DNA of 32,000 nucleotides, from contig NC_014729.1 in the NCBI RefSeq assembly GCF_000172995.2, positions 1,740,001 to 1,772,000 of the forward strand, read 5' to 3'. Positions 7,843-15,402 of this stretch are shown piece after piece; the first letter of the stretch is position 1; each line of letters begins with the position of its first letter. This DNA is from Halogeometricum borinquense DSM 11551 (lineage in GTDB: Archaea > Halobacteriota > Halobacteria > Halobacteriales > Haloferacaceae). The translations under genes and the position numbers were made by a program. The notes beneath the pieces were generated by a model. The model had not been told where the DNA came from. It did no database searches and worked only from the letters and a program-made list of their open reading frames with translations.

Positions 7843-8514
7843 ATGAATGATCTTTGGGACACCGCGGGTTACATCGCAAGCTCGCGGTACAGAGTATCTG
7901 TTTGTAAGTATCTCGACCGTGAGGGACCCGAACTCCCGTCCCGCATCGCGTCGAAGCTCGGCTTTGCACAACCACACGTCTCTCGGGCGCTTTCGGAACT
8001 TCGCGACCGGAACGTCGTCGAACTTCTCGTCCCCGAATCACAGCAGAAAGGGCGACTGTACGGTCTGACGCGTGAGGGAAAACAAGCGCTCACTCGGCTC
8101 CGCGGAGACGCGGCATCGGTGTCTGTTTCCTTCGTCGAGGAACGTTCATTCCCGCACGACTCGCTCATCGACCATCTCTGCGACGAACACGGCGAGGAAC
8201 TACGGCTTGTCGTCGCCCGCAACGGCGACGATTCGGACGTGTTCGTCGCCTCCGAAGACGTACAGAAACGCTACGACGAACAATCGATCGCCAGACTCAT
8301 CGCCGCACTCAGAGCAGGTGAAACGACGATAGACGACAAACTGATGGACGTTCCGACCGGCGAAAACCAGTTTGCTGTCCGCGGCCTCGAACACTCGCTT
8401 TTGGTCCGGTTCTCAGTCGATGACGACGCCGAAATACTCGTCGCACTCGAACCCGACGCCGATGTGAACGTTCCCGCGTTCATCGACGCGTGCCGACGCC
8501 GACTCAAGGACTGA
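7843..8514 (+). CDS. Winged-helix (MarR/ArsR-like) DNA-binding protein with an uncharacterised C-terminal alpha/beta domain
   Basis: N-terminal SRYRVSVCKYLDREGPELPSRIASKLGFAQPHVSRALSELRDRNVVELLVPESQQKGRLYGLTREGKQAL is a classic wHTH with a wing. About 130 aa of the C-terminal part are unassigned. Confidence 0.7.
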   Translation: MNDLWDTAGYIASSRYRVSVCKYLDREGPELPSRIASKLGFAQPHVSRALSELRDRNVVELLVPESQQKGRLYGLTREGKQALTRLRGDAASVSVSFVEERSFPHDSLIDHLCDEHGEELRLVVARNGDDSDVFVASEDVQKRYDEQSIARLIAALRAGETTIDDKLMDVPTGENQFAVRGLEHSLLVRFSVDDDAEILVALEPDADVNVPAFIDACRRRLKD

Positions 8515-8565
8515 GACGTTCGCTGGGAGGCGAATGCCCAAGTTCGACGCGTCCATAACACGGCT

Positions 8566-8997
8566 ATGTACACGGGCAAGACGGAGAAGCCGTGCTGTCT
8601 CTGTGACAGTCCCGAGACAGTGGCCCGAGTGGATCTCCCTCCCCGAGCGGTCCGACTCATGAAACACTCCGGTCCAATCGCGTGGCGCGACATCGTCGGC
8701 GAAGTGTCGATCCACTTCTGCGAGAGCGACTGGGAACTCGTCCGTGACCTCGTCGTCGAGATGGATATGAATCCGCTCTCGCGGTGCAACGTCGCCCGAG
8801 CGTCGTTCAGTCTCCGCGAGGACTTCGAGGCACTGCTGAACCAGACGCGCGCGGCACCTGACCAGACCGAACTGGAGTCTCGCCTGCTCGCGGACGCGCG
8901 CGAGACGATAGCCAACTACGGCGAGGACCCGATGATCGCAGAACGCGACTACGTCGAAGCGTCCATCGTCGTTGACGCACTCGCAGCGCTACGGTAG
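8566..8997 (+). CDS. Hypothetical acidic protein with an N-terminal Cys/His cluster
   Basis: KPCCLCDSPE ... SIHFCESDW could be a metal site, followed by a helical acidic C-terminal half. It lies 51 nt after the wHTH gene with no TATA of its own, so it is probably co-transcribed. Confidence 0.6.
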   Translation: MYTGKTEKPCCLCDSPETVARVDLPPRAVRLMKHSGPIAWRDIVGEVSIHFCESDWELVRDLVVEMDMNPLSRCNVARASFSLREDFEALLNQTRAAPDQTELESRLLADARETIANYGEDPMIAERDYVEASIVVDALAALR

Positions 8998-9026
8998 CGC
9001 TCGCTGCACGGCCAGCACGAAGCCTC

Positions 9027-9051
9027 CTCCCTCCGATCTAAATTTTATTTT
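9027..9051 (+). terminator. Pyrimidine block CTCCCTCCG followed by two T4 tracts, downstream of gene 8566..8997
   Basis: ctccctccgatctaaattttatttt begins 30 nt after the stop. Oligo-T tracts are the known archaeal termination signal. Confidence 0.4.
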
Positions 9052-9101
9052 GGAATCGCACAAAACCATTTATCGATTCAATACGTAGTCAAAGCCAGCC
9101 G

Positions 9102-9803
9102 ATGAGTTTGGGGGACATCATCAGTGCGGTCCGGGGGCGGCGGCGGACACTCATCATCTACGACCCTGTGTCCGACCAGTTAGTCGAACAGTTACGGGAG
9201 CATACGGCACCGTATCCGTTGACGGTCGAGCGACGGACCGACGGCGGTGCGTTCGCAGGGCACGCAGAACTCACCGACGGCGATGGGTTGACGATACACA
9301 CCGACTGTTCGGACCTGTCGGCGCCGGTCTCTCACCAGGAGTTCGAGGCGTACTTCGCGGACGTGTTATCCCGAATCGACAGGACTACGTTCACCTCCTA
9401 CGACGGGTCACAGATGGCGGCGACCTCACGGGAGATAGAGGACCGCGCGTGGCGGTTCGGTCGCGGGTCGCTTCATGCGGGGTTCCAGCACGCTTCAACG
9501 CTCAGTACGCAGGAACAAGTGTACCGCGACTTGGCTCGCAAGAGCCTCGACATCCACGCCTACGCCGTTCCGGACAAAGACGCTCCTCCGCTGGAGGGCG
9601 TGAACGTTCACCTCGTCGAAGCTGACGAGATAGCAAAGACGTGGTTCGTCGTCTACGACGGAAATGGCGACGACGAGTCGAAATGTGCTCTCATCGCTGA
9701 GGAGCGCGACCCCGGCGTATTCTGCGGATTCTGGACGTATGATCCTGGTGTGGTAGACGAGGCACTGTCTCATCTCTCCGCGCGGTACGTCGCTCCGTCG
9801 TAG
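9102..9803 (+). CDS. DICT-like sensory domain protein (stand-alone)
   Basis: The pattern SREIEDRAWRFGRGSLHAGFQ ... Y..LA ... VHLV ... WFVVYDGNGDDES.CALIAEE ... F.GFWTYDP matches my recollection of haloarchaeal DICT-domain proteins. ATTTAT at 9068-9073 is 28 nt before the ATG. Confidence 0.6.
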   Translation: MSLGDIISAVRGRRRTLIIYDPVSDQLVEQLREHTAPYPLTVERRTDGGAFAGHAELTDGDGLTIHTDCSDLSAPVSHQEFEAYFADVLSRIDRTTFTSYDGSQMAATSREIEDRAWRFGRGSLHAGFQHASTLSTQEQVYRDLARKSLDIHAYAVPDKDAPPLEGVNVHLVEADEIAKTWFVVYDGNGDDESKCALIAEERDPGVFCGFWTYDPGVVDEALSHLSARYVAPS

Positions 9804-9815
9804 ATCGAGTTCCCC

Positions 9816-9834
9816 CTCCCTCCGTTGTATATTT
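9816..9834 (+). terminator. Second copy of the CTCCCTCCG..TA.ATTT element, 12 nt after the stop of 9102..9803
   Basis: ctccctccgttgtatattt matches 9027-9045 at 16 of 19 positions. Confidence 0.35.
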
Positions 9835-9855
9835 GAGTCCCCCGCCGCAGATGCT

Positions 9856-9876
9856 GTTGTAGAATTCTACTACAAC
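9856..9876. promoter_or_regulatory. Perfect 7-bp inverted repeat GTTGTAG-N7-CTACAAC upstream of the TATA box of the surface-protein/MMPL operon
   Basis: Read directly from the sequence. TTATATA at 9914-9920 follows 38 nt downstream. Confidence 0.4.
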
Positions 9877-9959
9877 TCAAACGAGGAGTCTGTTTGTCGA
9901 AATTTACAACACCTTATATAGCAAGCACAACTCTGTTTACATGAGGACACAGCCGGGGA

Positions 9960-9987
9960 GCCCGCACCGGTGCCCACGATTGCGGGC
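9960..9987 (+). promoter_or_regulatory. GC-rich hairpin (GCCCGCA-N14-TGCGGGC) in the predicted 5' UTR of gene 9999..11870
   Basis: A 7-bp perfect stem ends 11 nt before the ATG. The UTR length is inferred from the TATA position. Confidence 0.3.
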
Positions 9988-9998
9988 AGTCACATCAC

Positions 9999-11870
9999 AT
10001 GATACGGAAATCGCTCACGCTGTTTTTGGTCATCGCGGTCGTCGCAAGTACAGTTCCTGTGGCAGCGGCCACGTCCAACCCGGATATCCAGACCATCGTT
10101 CCGCAGCCAACGGTCTCACCGGGTGTGGAAAATACGGTCAACTTCCAGCTGGTGAACGACCCGAACGGTCCCGAAAACAACGCGATCACCGCGACGAACG
10201 TTCGTGTTCGCGTCAGTGATAACGCTCCGATAAACGTTCTAACGGAGCGATTGTACGTCTCGAAACTCGCTGACGGCAAACCAGTGATGAAGACGCTTCG
10301 GATGCAGGTTCCGTCCGACATCAACAGCGGAACGTACAGGATTCCGCTCACGGTTACCTACGAGTACGAGTCCGGAACCGGTGACTCAAAGCAGATTACG
10401 CGCTCTATGGGCGTTTCCGTCAGGGTCCAGAGCGGTCCACGGTTCACTGTTACCGACACGAACTCGACGGCTACTGTGGACGGTCGCGGGACGCTCACTG
10501 TCACCATGCGCAATACCGGTCAGGAGGCCGCGTCCGACGCGACGTTCACGCTCGCCTCGAACAACAACGATATCGCGCTCGGTGGCGGCGCGAAGGCGAC
10601 GCGTTTCGTCTCGAACTGGGAGAAGGGGGCCACGAAAACGTTCGAGTACGACGCGCGACTCGGTGAATCGGCACAGCCCGGCAACTACTCGCTCGAAGGA
10701 ACCGTCGCGTACAAGGACGCCTCGGGCAACTCGAAGACGAGTCCGTCACTCACCGTCGGAATGCGGGCACTCCCCGAGATGACCTTCGACGTTTCCGACG
10801 TACAGAGTTCGGTCCGCGTCGCTGACAGCGGCAAGATCAAAGGCACGATCACGAACACCGGACCGCTGACGGCGCACAGCGCTGTCGTCGCGTTCCAGTC
10901 GAACAGTCCGACCGCACAAGCCGTCGAGACTGAGTACGCAATCGGGTCTTTGGAACCGAACGAGTCCACGTCGTTCTCGTTTACAGTCAGCGTTGACAGC
11001 AAGGCCAACCCCGGTCCACGGCAGTACGGCGTACAGGTCAACTACCGCAACGGCGACGGTGATCCAGTGCAGAGTGACACGGTTGACCTCCCCGTCACGG
11101 TCGGCGAGAGCGACGCCGGATTCGATATTCGTAACTTAGAGAGTACGCTCCGCGTCGGTGAGGAAGGAACCCTCAGCGGGACGCTCGTCAACACCGACGA
11201 CGACCCGGTGACGAACGCCGTGTTGCGGTTCAACCCTGCGGGACAGACGATTACGCCCGTCGAGACGGAGTACGCAATCGGTCGTCTCGACCCTGGAGAA
11301 GCACGGGAGTTCAGCTTCGACGTCGAAGTCTCCTCGTCTTCCAGTGGCGGTCCCCGACAGTTCAACTTCCAAGTGAACTACCGCGACGAGGACAATCAAC
11401 AGCGAACGACCAATCCGATTGAGGTCCGGACAGACATCGGAGCGAAGTCCGACGAGTTCGAGGTGACGCCCGTGAGCAACGCGTACGCGGCGGGCGAAAG
11501 CGGCGAATTCCGCGTCAACGTCACGAACACGCGAGAGGAAACGCTGACCGATATCTCGGCGAAGATCTTCCCCGAGTCACCGCTTTCGTCGTCGAACTCC
11601 GAAGCGTTCATCGAGGAACTGGAACCCGGCGAGTCGGAGACGATTGTCTTCAAACTCAGCGCCTCTGGCGATGCGCTAGCGAAGACGTATCCCGTCAAGA
11701 TGGACTTCCAGTACGAAGACAGTCAGGGTGAAACCACCATCTCCGACGCGTACCAGGTTCCCGTCGATGTGACCGAGTCCGACGGTGGCGGATTACCGCT
11801 CGGCCTCATCGCTCTCGTTATCGTCGCTCTCGGCGCAATCGGCTTCGTCTATTACCGTCGGCAGGACTAA
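9999..11870 (+). CDS. Secreted, C-terminally membrane-anchored protein with five tandem beta-sandwich (COG1361/CARDB-like) domains
   Basis: Signal peptide MIRKSLTLFLVIAVVASTVPVAAA. Five repeats of about 110 aa carry a V.NTG-type strand and a G.Y...V.Y.d..G strand. The C-terminal TM is LPLGLIALVIVALGAIGFVYY followed by RRQD. Confidence 0.8.
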   Translation: MIRKSLTLFLVIAVVASTVPVAAATSNPDIQTIVPQPTVSPGVENTVNFQLVNDPNGPENNAITATNVRVRVSDNAPINVLTERLYVSKLADGKPVMKTLRMQVPSDINSGTYRIPLTVTYEYESGTGDSKQITRSMGVSVRVQSGPRFTVTDTNSTATVDGRGTLTVTMRNTGQEAASDATFTLASNNNDIALGGGAKATRFVSNWEKGATKTFEYDARLGESAQPGNYSLEGTVAYKDASGNSKTSPSLTVGMRALPEMTFDVSDVQSSVRVADSGKIKGTITNTGPLTAHSAVVAFQSNSPTAQAVETEYAIGSLEPNESTSFSFTVSVDSKANPGPRQYGVQVNYRNGDGDPVQSDTVDLPVTVGESDAGFDIRNLESTLRVGEEGTLSGTLVNTDDDPVTNAVLRFNPAGQTITPVETEYAIGRLDPGEAREFSFDVEVSSSSSGGPRQFNFQVNYRDEDNQQRTTNPIEVRTDIGAKSDEFEVTPVSNAYAAGESGEFRVNVTNTREETLTDISAKIFPESPLSSSNSEAFIEELEPGESETIVFKLSASGDALAKTYPVKMDFQYEDSQGETTISDAYQVPVDVTESDGGGLPLGLIALVIVALGAIGFVYYRRQD

Positions 11871-11873
11871 CGG

Positions 11874-14528
11874 ATGAACTACGATTACCAACGTATCGTC
11901 GATTGGGTTGACGACCACATCGTCGAACGCCCGGGGAAGGTCATACTGGCGTTCCTCCTCGTCACGGCCGTCTTCGCCGTCGGTCTCGGTAACGTCTCTA
12001 CCGAGTCGGGGACACAGCAGTTCGCCGAAGACATCCCTGCGCAGGACGCCCTCGATCAGGTAAACGACGAGTTCCTTCCGGTGTTCGGCGAGGATACGGG
12101 GAGTACGCAACTCATCCAGCGGGACCCGAACGTCCTCTCGAAGCAGTCGCTCTTGCAGATGCTCCGCACGCAGGAGCGAATCGAGGAGAAGCCAACGTTA
12201 CGCGTCAGCCAAACGTCGTCCGCCGCGGCCGTTGTCGCACAGACAATCGACCCGCAGGCGACGACGCTGGACCGGCAGATAACGACGCTCGAACAGGCGA
12301 CCCAAGCGGACGTTCGGGCGGCCGTGCGACAGAATGCGGACAATCCCGCGTTCACCGGTACACTGAGCAACGATTTCAACAAAAAGAGTGCCTCGGCGTC
12401 GTCCACTATCGGCGTCGTCAAGCACTCGCTGACGAGTGAGGTCTCTTCGTCTGCGGGGCAGTCCGGGTCGAGTCCGCTGACGCCCATCCAACAGCAGATT
12501 CAGCGCATCGTCGCCACAACCGATGGCGACATCACGGTGTTCGGGACCGGTATCATCGCCGATGAGTTCGGGGCGGTCATCTCCGACTCGTTGCTCATCG
12601 TGACGCCCGCCGCAGTCATCCTTATCATCCTGTTCCTCGTGATCGCCTACCGCGACCTGCTGGACCTACTGTTAGGGACGTTCGCCTTGGCGATGGCGGT
12701 CATCTGGACGTTCGGCTTCCTCGGATTGGCTGGTATCCCGTTCAACCAGATTATGATCGCCGTCCCGCCGCTGTTGCTGGCGGTCGGGATCGACTTCGGG
12801 ATACACGCGATCAACCGCTACCGCGAGGACAGAGAGACCGGACTCGGGATCGAAGGCGCGATGCGCGTGGCGACAGACCAACTCTTGGTCGCGTTCTTCA
12901 TCGTCACGGGAACGACGGTTATCGGGTTCCTCTCGAACCTCGCCTCCGACCTCCCGCCGATTCGTGACTTCGGTGTCGTCGCCGGTGTCGGTATCACGTT
13001 CACCTTCCTCATCTTCGGCGTTTTCCTCCCTGCCGCGAAGGTGTGGATGGACCGCCGGAAGGAGTCGTGGCCGATTCCGACGTTCAGTCAGAAACCACTC
13101 GGTGAAGAAGGGTCGGCGCTCGGTGACGCCCTCAGCGTCGGCGTCACTATCTCCAACAAGATTCCCGTGATTTTCCTCGTCCTGACGCTCCTCATCAGCG
13201 TCGGCGCGGCCGGGTACGCGACGGGCGTTGACACGTCGTTCTCGCAGGAGGACTTCCTTCCACCGGAGGACGTGTCGCCGCTTCTCACGTCGCTCCCGGA
13301 ACCGTTTGCCCCCAGCGACTACTCCGTCGTCGGCACGCTGAACTTCCTCGAAGATAAGTTCACGAGTACACAGGGGGGATCGGTCACCATCTACGTCGAG
13401 GGACGGATGGAGAACGAGGTCGCGCTCGAACAGATCTATCGCGCGGGAGCAGACCCGCCGGAGTCGTTCGTCTCCGAGAACCGTCGGGCGGAATCGACGA
13501 GCATCGTCACCGTCATCAAAGACTATGCGGCACGGGACCCCGAGTTCCGTCGCCTCGTCGAACGGAACGACGTGGACGACAACGGCGTTCCCGACGACAA
13601 CCTCGGAGAGATATACGACTATCTGGAGACCTCGCCGGTCTCCTCACAGGCCGACCGGTATCTCGCCGAAGACCATCGAAGCACGCGTGTCGTCTACACC
13701 GTTTCGGGGGACGCTTCGGACAAGGAAGCCACCGAGGACGCCCGCATCGTGGCCGACCGCTTCCGGTCCCGGTACGATGCCACCGCCACAGGTAACACCG
13801 TCGTCTTCCAAGAGGTGTCGGATCTCATCTTCAGTTCCGCCGTGACGAGTCTGATTCTCGCACTCGGCGGGACGGTGGTGTTCCTCGTATTCATCTACTG
13901 GTTGCTCGATGGCTTGCCGTCTATCGCTCTCGCCAACCTCGTCCCCATCGTGGTGGCGGTGGCGGGCGTGGCCGGGACGATGCGCCTGTTAGGCATCTCG
14001 TTCAACGCCTTTACCGCAACCATCCTCTCGCTTACCATCGGGTTGGGTATCGACTACTCGGTCCACGTTGTCCACCGCTTCCTCGACGAGCGGAAGGAGG
14101 CGGACCTGCAGACGGCACTCGAACGGACTGTCGTCGGGACCGGCGGCGCGCTCATGGGCAGCATGTTCACGACGGCGTTCGGTATCGGCGTCCTCGTGCT
14201 ATCAGTGCTGTCGGTGCTGGGACAGTTCGGCGTCCTCACGGCGCTCTCTATCGTCTACTCGTTCGTGGCGTCGCTCGTCGTCCTGCCGTCGGCGCTCGTC
14301 GTCTGGGACCGCTTCGCCAACGAGAGCCCCGACGTTCCGATGGTCGAACCCGGATCGGAGACAGACGACGTGGAGTCGGACAGCGACTCCGATCCCCTCG
14401 CAACGGACGGTGGCGAGTGTATCGAGTCGTCCCGAATATCGACCGACGGAAGCGCGGTTACCGGTGCTGGAGACGACGATTCGCAATCCTCATCAAGCGC
14501 TACCTCCGATGGAGGTGAGACGCGATGA
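11874..14528 (+). CDS. MMPL / RND-superfamily exporter (COG1033-like)
   Basis: 884 aa. Two repeats of a large extracytoplasmic loop plus a hydrophobic bundle of about 5-6 TM (for example LLIVTPAAVILIILFLVIAY..., LGLAGIPFNQIMIAVPPLLLAVGIDFGIH, and again TLSLTIGLGIDYSVH). The tail is acidic. The start is 3 nt after the upstream stop. Confidence 0.85.
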   Translation: MNYDYQRIVDWVDDHIVERPGKVILAFLLVTAVFAVGLGNVSTESGTQQFAEDIPAQDALDQVNDEFLPVFGEDTGSTQLIQRDPNVLSKQSLLQMLRTQERIEEKPTLRVSQTSSAAAVVAQTIDPQATTLDRQITTLEQATQADVRAAVRQNADNPAFTGTLSNDFNKKSASASSTIGVVKHSLTSEVSSSAGQSGSSPLTPIQQQIQRIVATTDGDITVFGTGIIADEFGAVISDSLLIVTPAAVILIILFLVIAYRDLLDLLLGTFALAMAVIWTFGFLGLAGIPFNQIMIAVPPLLLAVGIDFGIHAINRYREDRETGLGIEGAMRVATDQLLVAFFIVTGTTVIGFLSNLASDLPPIRDFGVVAGVGITFTFLIFGVFLPAAKVWMDRRKESWPIPTFSQKPLGEEGSALGDALSVGVTISNKIPVIFLVLTLLISVGAAGYATGVDTSFSQEDFLPPEDVSPLLTSLPEPFAPSDYSVVGTLNFLEDKFTSTQGGSVTIYVEGRMENEVALEQIYRAGADPPESFVSENRRAESTSIVTVIKDYAARDPEFRRLVERNDVDDNGVPDDNLGEIYDYLETSPVSSQADRYLAEDHRSTRVVYTVSGDASDKEATEDARIVADRFRSRYDATATGNTVVFQEVSDLIFSSAVTSLILALGGTVVFLVFIYWLLDGLPSIALANLVPIVVAVAGVAGTMRLLGISFNAFTATILSLTIGLGIDYSVHVVHRFLDERKEADLQTALERTVVGTGGALMGSMFTTAFGIGVLVLSVLSVLGQFGVLTALSIVYSFVASLVVLPSALVVWDRFANESPDVPMVEPGSETDDVESDSDSDPLATDGGECIESSRISTDGSAVTGAGDDDSQSSSSATSDGGETR

Positions 14529-15316
14529 CAGATGCAGACGAAGGGAACGGCAACGCACAACCGAGCGAACACGAGGCCATAGAGGCGCTCGAACACCTCG
14601 GACTCTCGAACTACGCTGCGCGGGTGTTCGTCGCGCTCCAGCGCCTCGGCGTCGGGACGGCCAAAGAGATTCACGATGTCGCGGGCGTCCCGCGGTCGCA
14701 GGTGTATGGTGCGGCCGAGGAACTGGAGAGCTTGGGCTTAGTCGAACTCCAGCAATCGACGCCGAAGCGGTATCGCTCGGTGAGCTTAGACGCCGCCCAC
14801 CGCTGTCTCGCGGAGAACCTCCAGAACGAGGCGAACCGCGCCTTCAACTACCTCGAAGCCGCCCGAGCAGAGCGCACGGCGGGTGAAACCCGTGACGACG
14901 TGTGGACGATCCGCGGTCACGAACCCGTGAACAACCGCGTCATCGAACTGGTCGAACAATCACAGGAGCGGGTGCTGTTCGCCGCCCCATCGCTCTTGTT
15001 CATCACCGACGACCTCGTCAAAGCCCTTCGAGAACGGGCGGCCAACAACGTCGATGTCCGCGTGGTCAGCGAATCCGCGGACGTGCGCGACCGGTTCGAG
15101 ACTGTTCCAGACGTATCGGCGTCCGGCCCGGACGAGGAGCCACCGGTTGACTTCACCGGCCGCGTCCTCCTCGTGGACCGCCGCGTCGTCCTCCTCTCGG
15201 TCGTTCCCAACGTGCCGGGCAGCGACGAGACGGCGATCTGGTCGGCTGACACGGCGATGGCCGACATTCTCTCTCAGATCATCGAAGGCGGTATCGAGTC
15301 GATGATCGGCTTCTAA
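14525..15316 (+). CDS. TrmB-family transcriptional regulator
   Basis: EAIEALEHLGLSNYAARVFVALQRLGVGTAKEIHDVAGVPRSQVYGAAEELESLGLVELQQSTPKRY is the TrmB N-terminal wHTH. It overlaps the MMPL gene by ATGA. Confidence 0.85.
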   Translation: MTDADEGNGNAQPSEHEAIEALEHLGLSNYAARVFVALQRLGVGTAKEIHDVAGVPRSQVYGAAEELESLGLVELQQSTPKRYRSVSLDAAHRCLAENLQNEANRAFNYLEAARAERTAGETRDDVWTIRGHEPVNNRVIELVEQSQERVLFAAPSLLFITDDLVKALRERAANNVDVRVVSESADVRDRFETVPDVSASGPDEEPPVDFTGRVLLVDRRVVLLSVVPNVPGSDETAIWSADTAMADILSQIIEGGIESMIGF

Positions 15317-15402
15317 CTCTTCGAGCGGCCATAACCGCTTCCGAACCGCGAGGTTTGTCGTCCCCGGTGACTATTTCTCCCGTCCTCTCGGACACCCGAA
15401 CG

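Noticed and set aside
8271-8915. A 214-aa Ser/Arg-rich minus-strand ORF spanning the end of the wHTH gene and most of the Cys-protein gene.
   Set aside because: Its composition is atypical for a haloarchaeal protein (basic, Ser-rich). It overlaps two plus-strand genes whose bias is acidic and codon-typical.
9868-9889. A possible TrmB site TACT...GAGT upstream of the surface-protein operon.
   Set aside because: The spacer is 14 nt, not the 7-8 nt I recall for the reported TACT-N7-8-GAGTA motif. Only the separate 7-bp palindrome is reported.
7566-9998. The idea that the regulator/sensor trio is a horizontally acquired island.
   Set aside because: Coding GC (about 58-63% by spot counts) is close to the rest of the window. 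There is no integrase, transposase, flanking tRNA or flanking direct repeats. Only the intergenic spacers are AT-richer, as expected for promoters.
14340-14528. A recurrent (A/T/S)DGG(E/R/D) peptide in the terminal tails of the MMPL exporter, ABC ATPase, first permease and oxidase (about 13 DGG in the window).
   Set aside because: Asp and Gly are each about 8-9% of haloarchaeal proteins, so roughly 6 DGG are expected by chance. The excess sits in low-complexity acidic tails. It is probably compositional rather than a targeting motif, although a proteome-wide positional test could revisit this.
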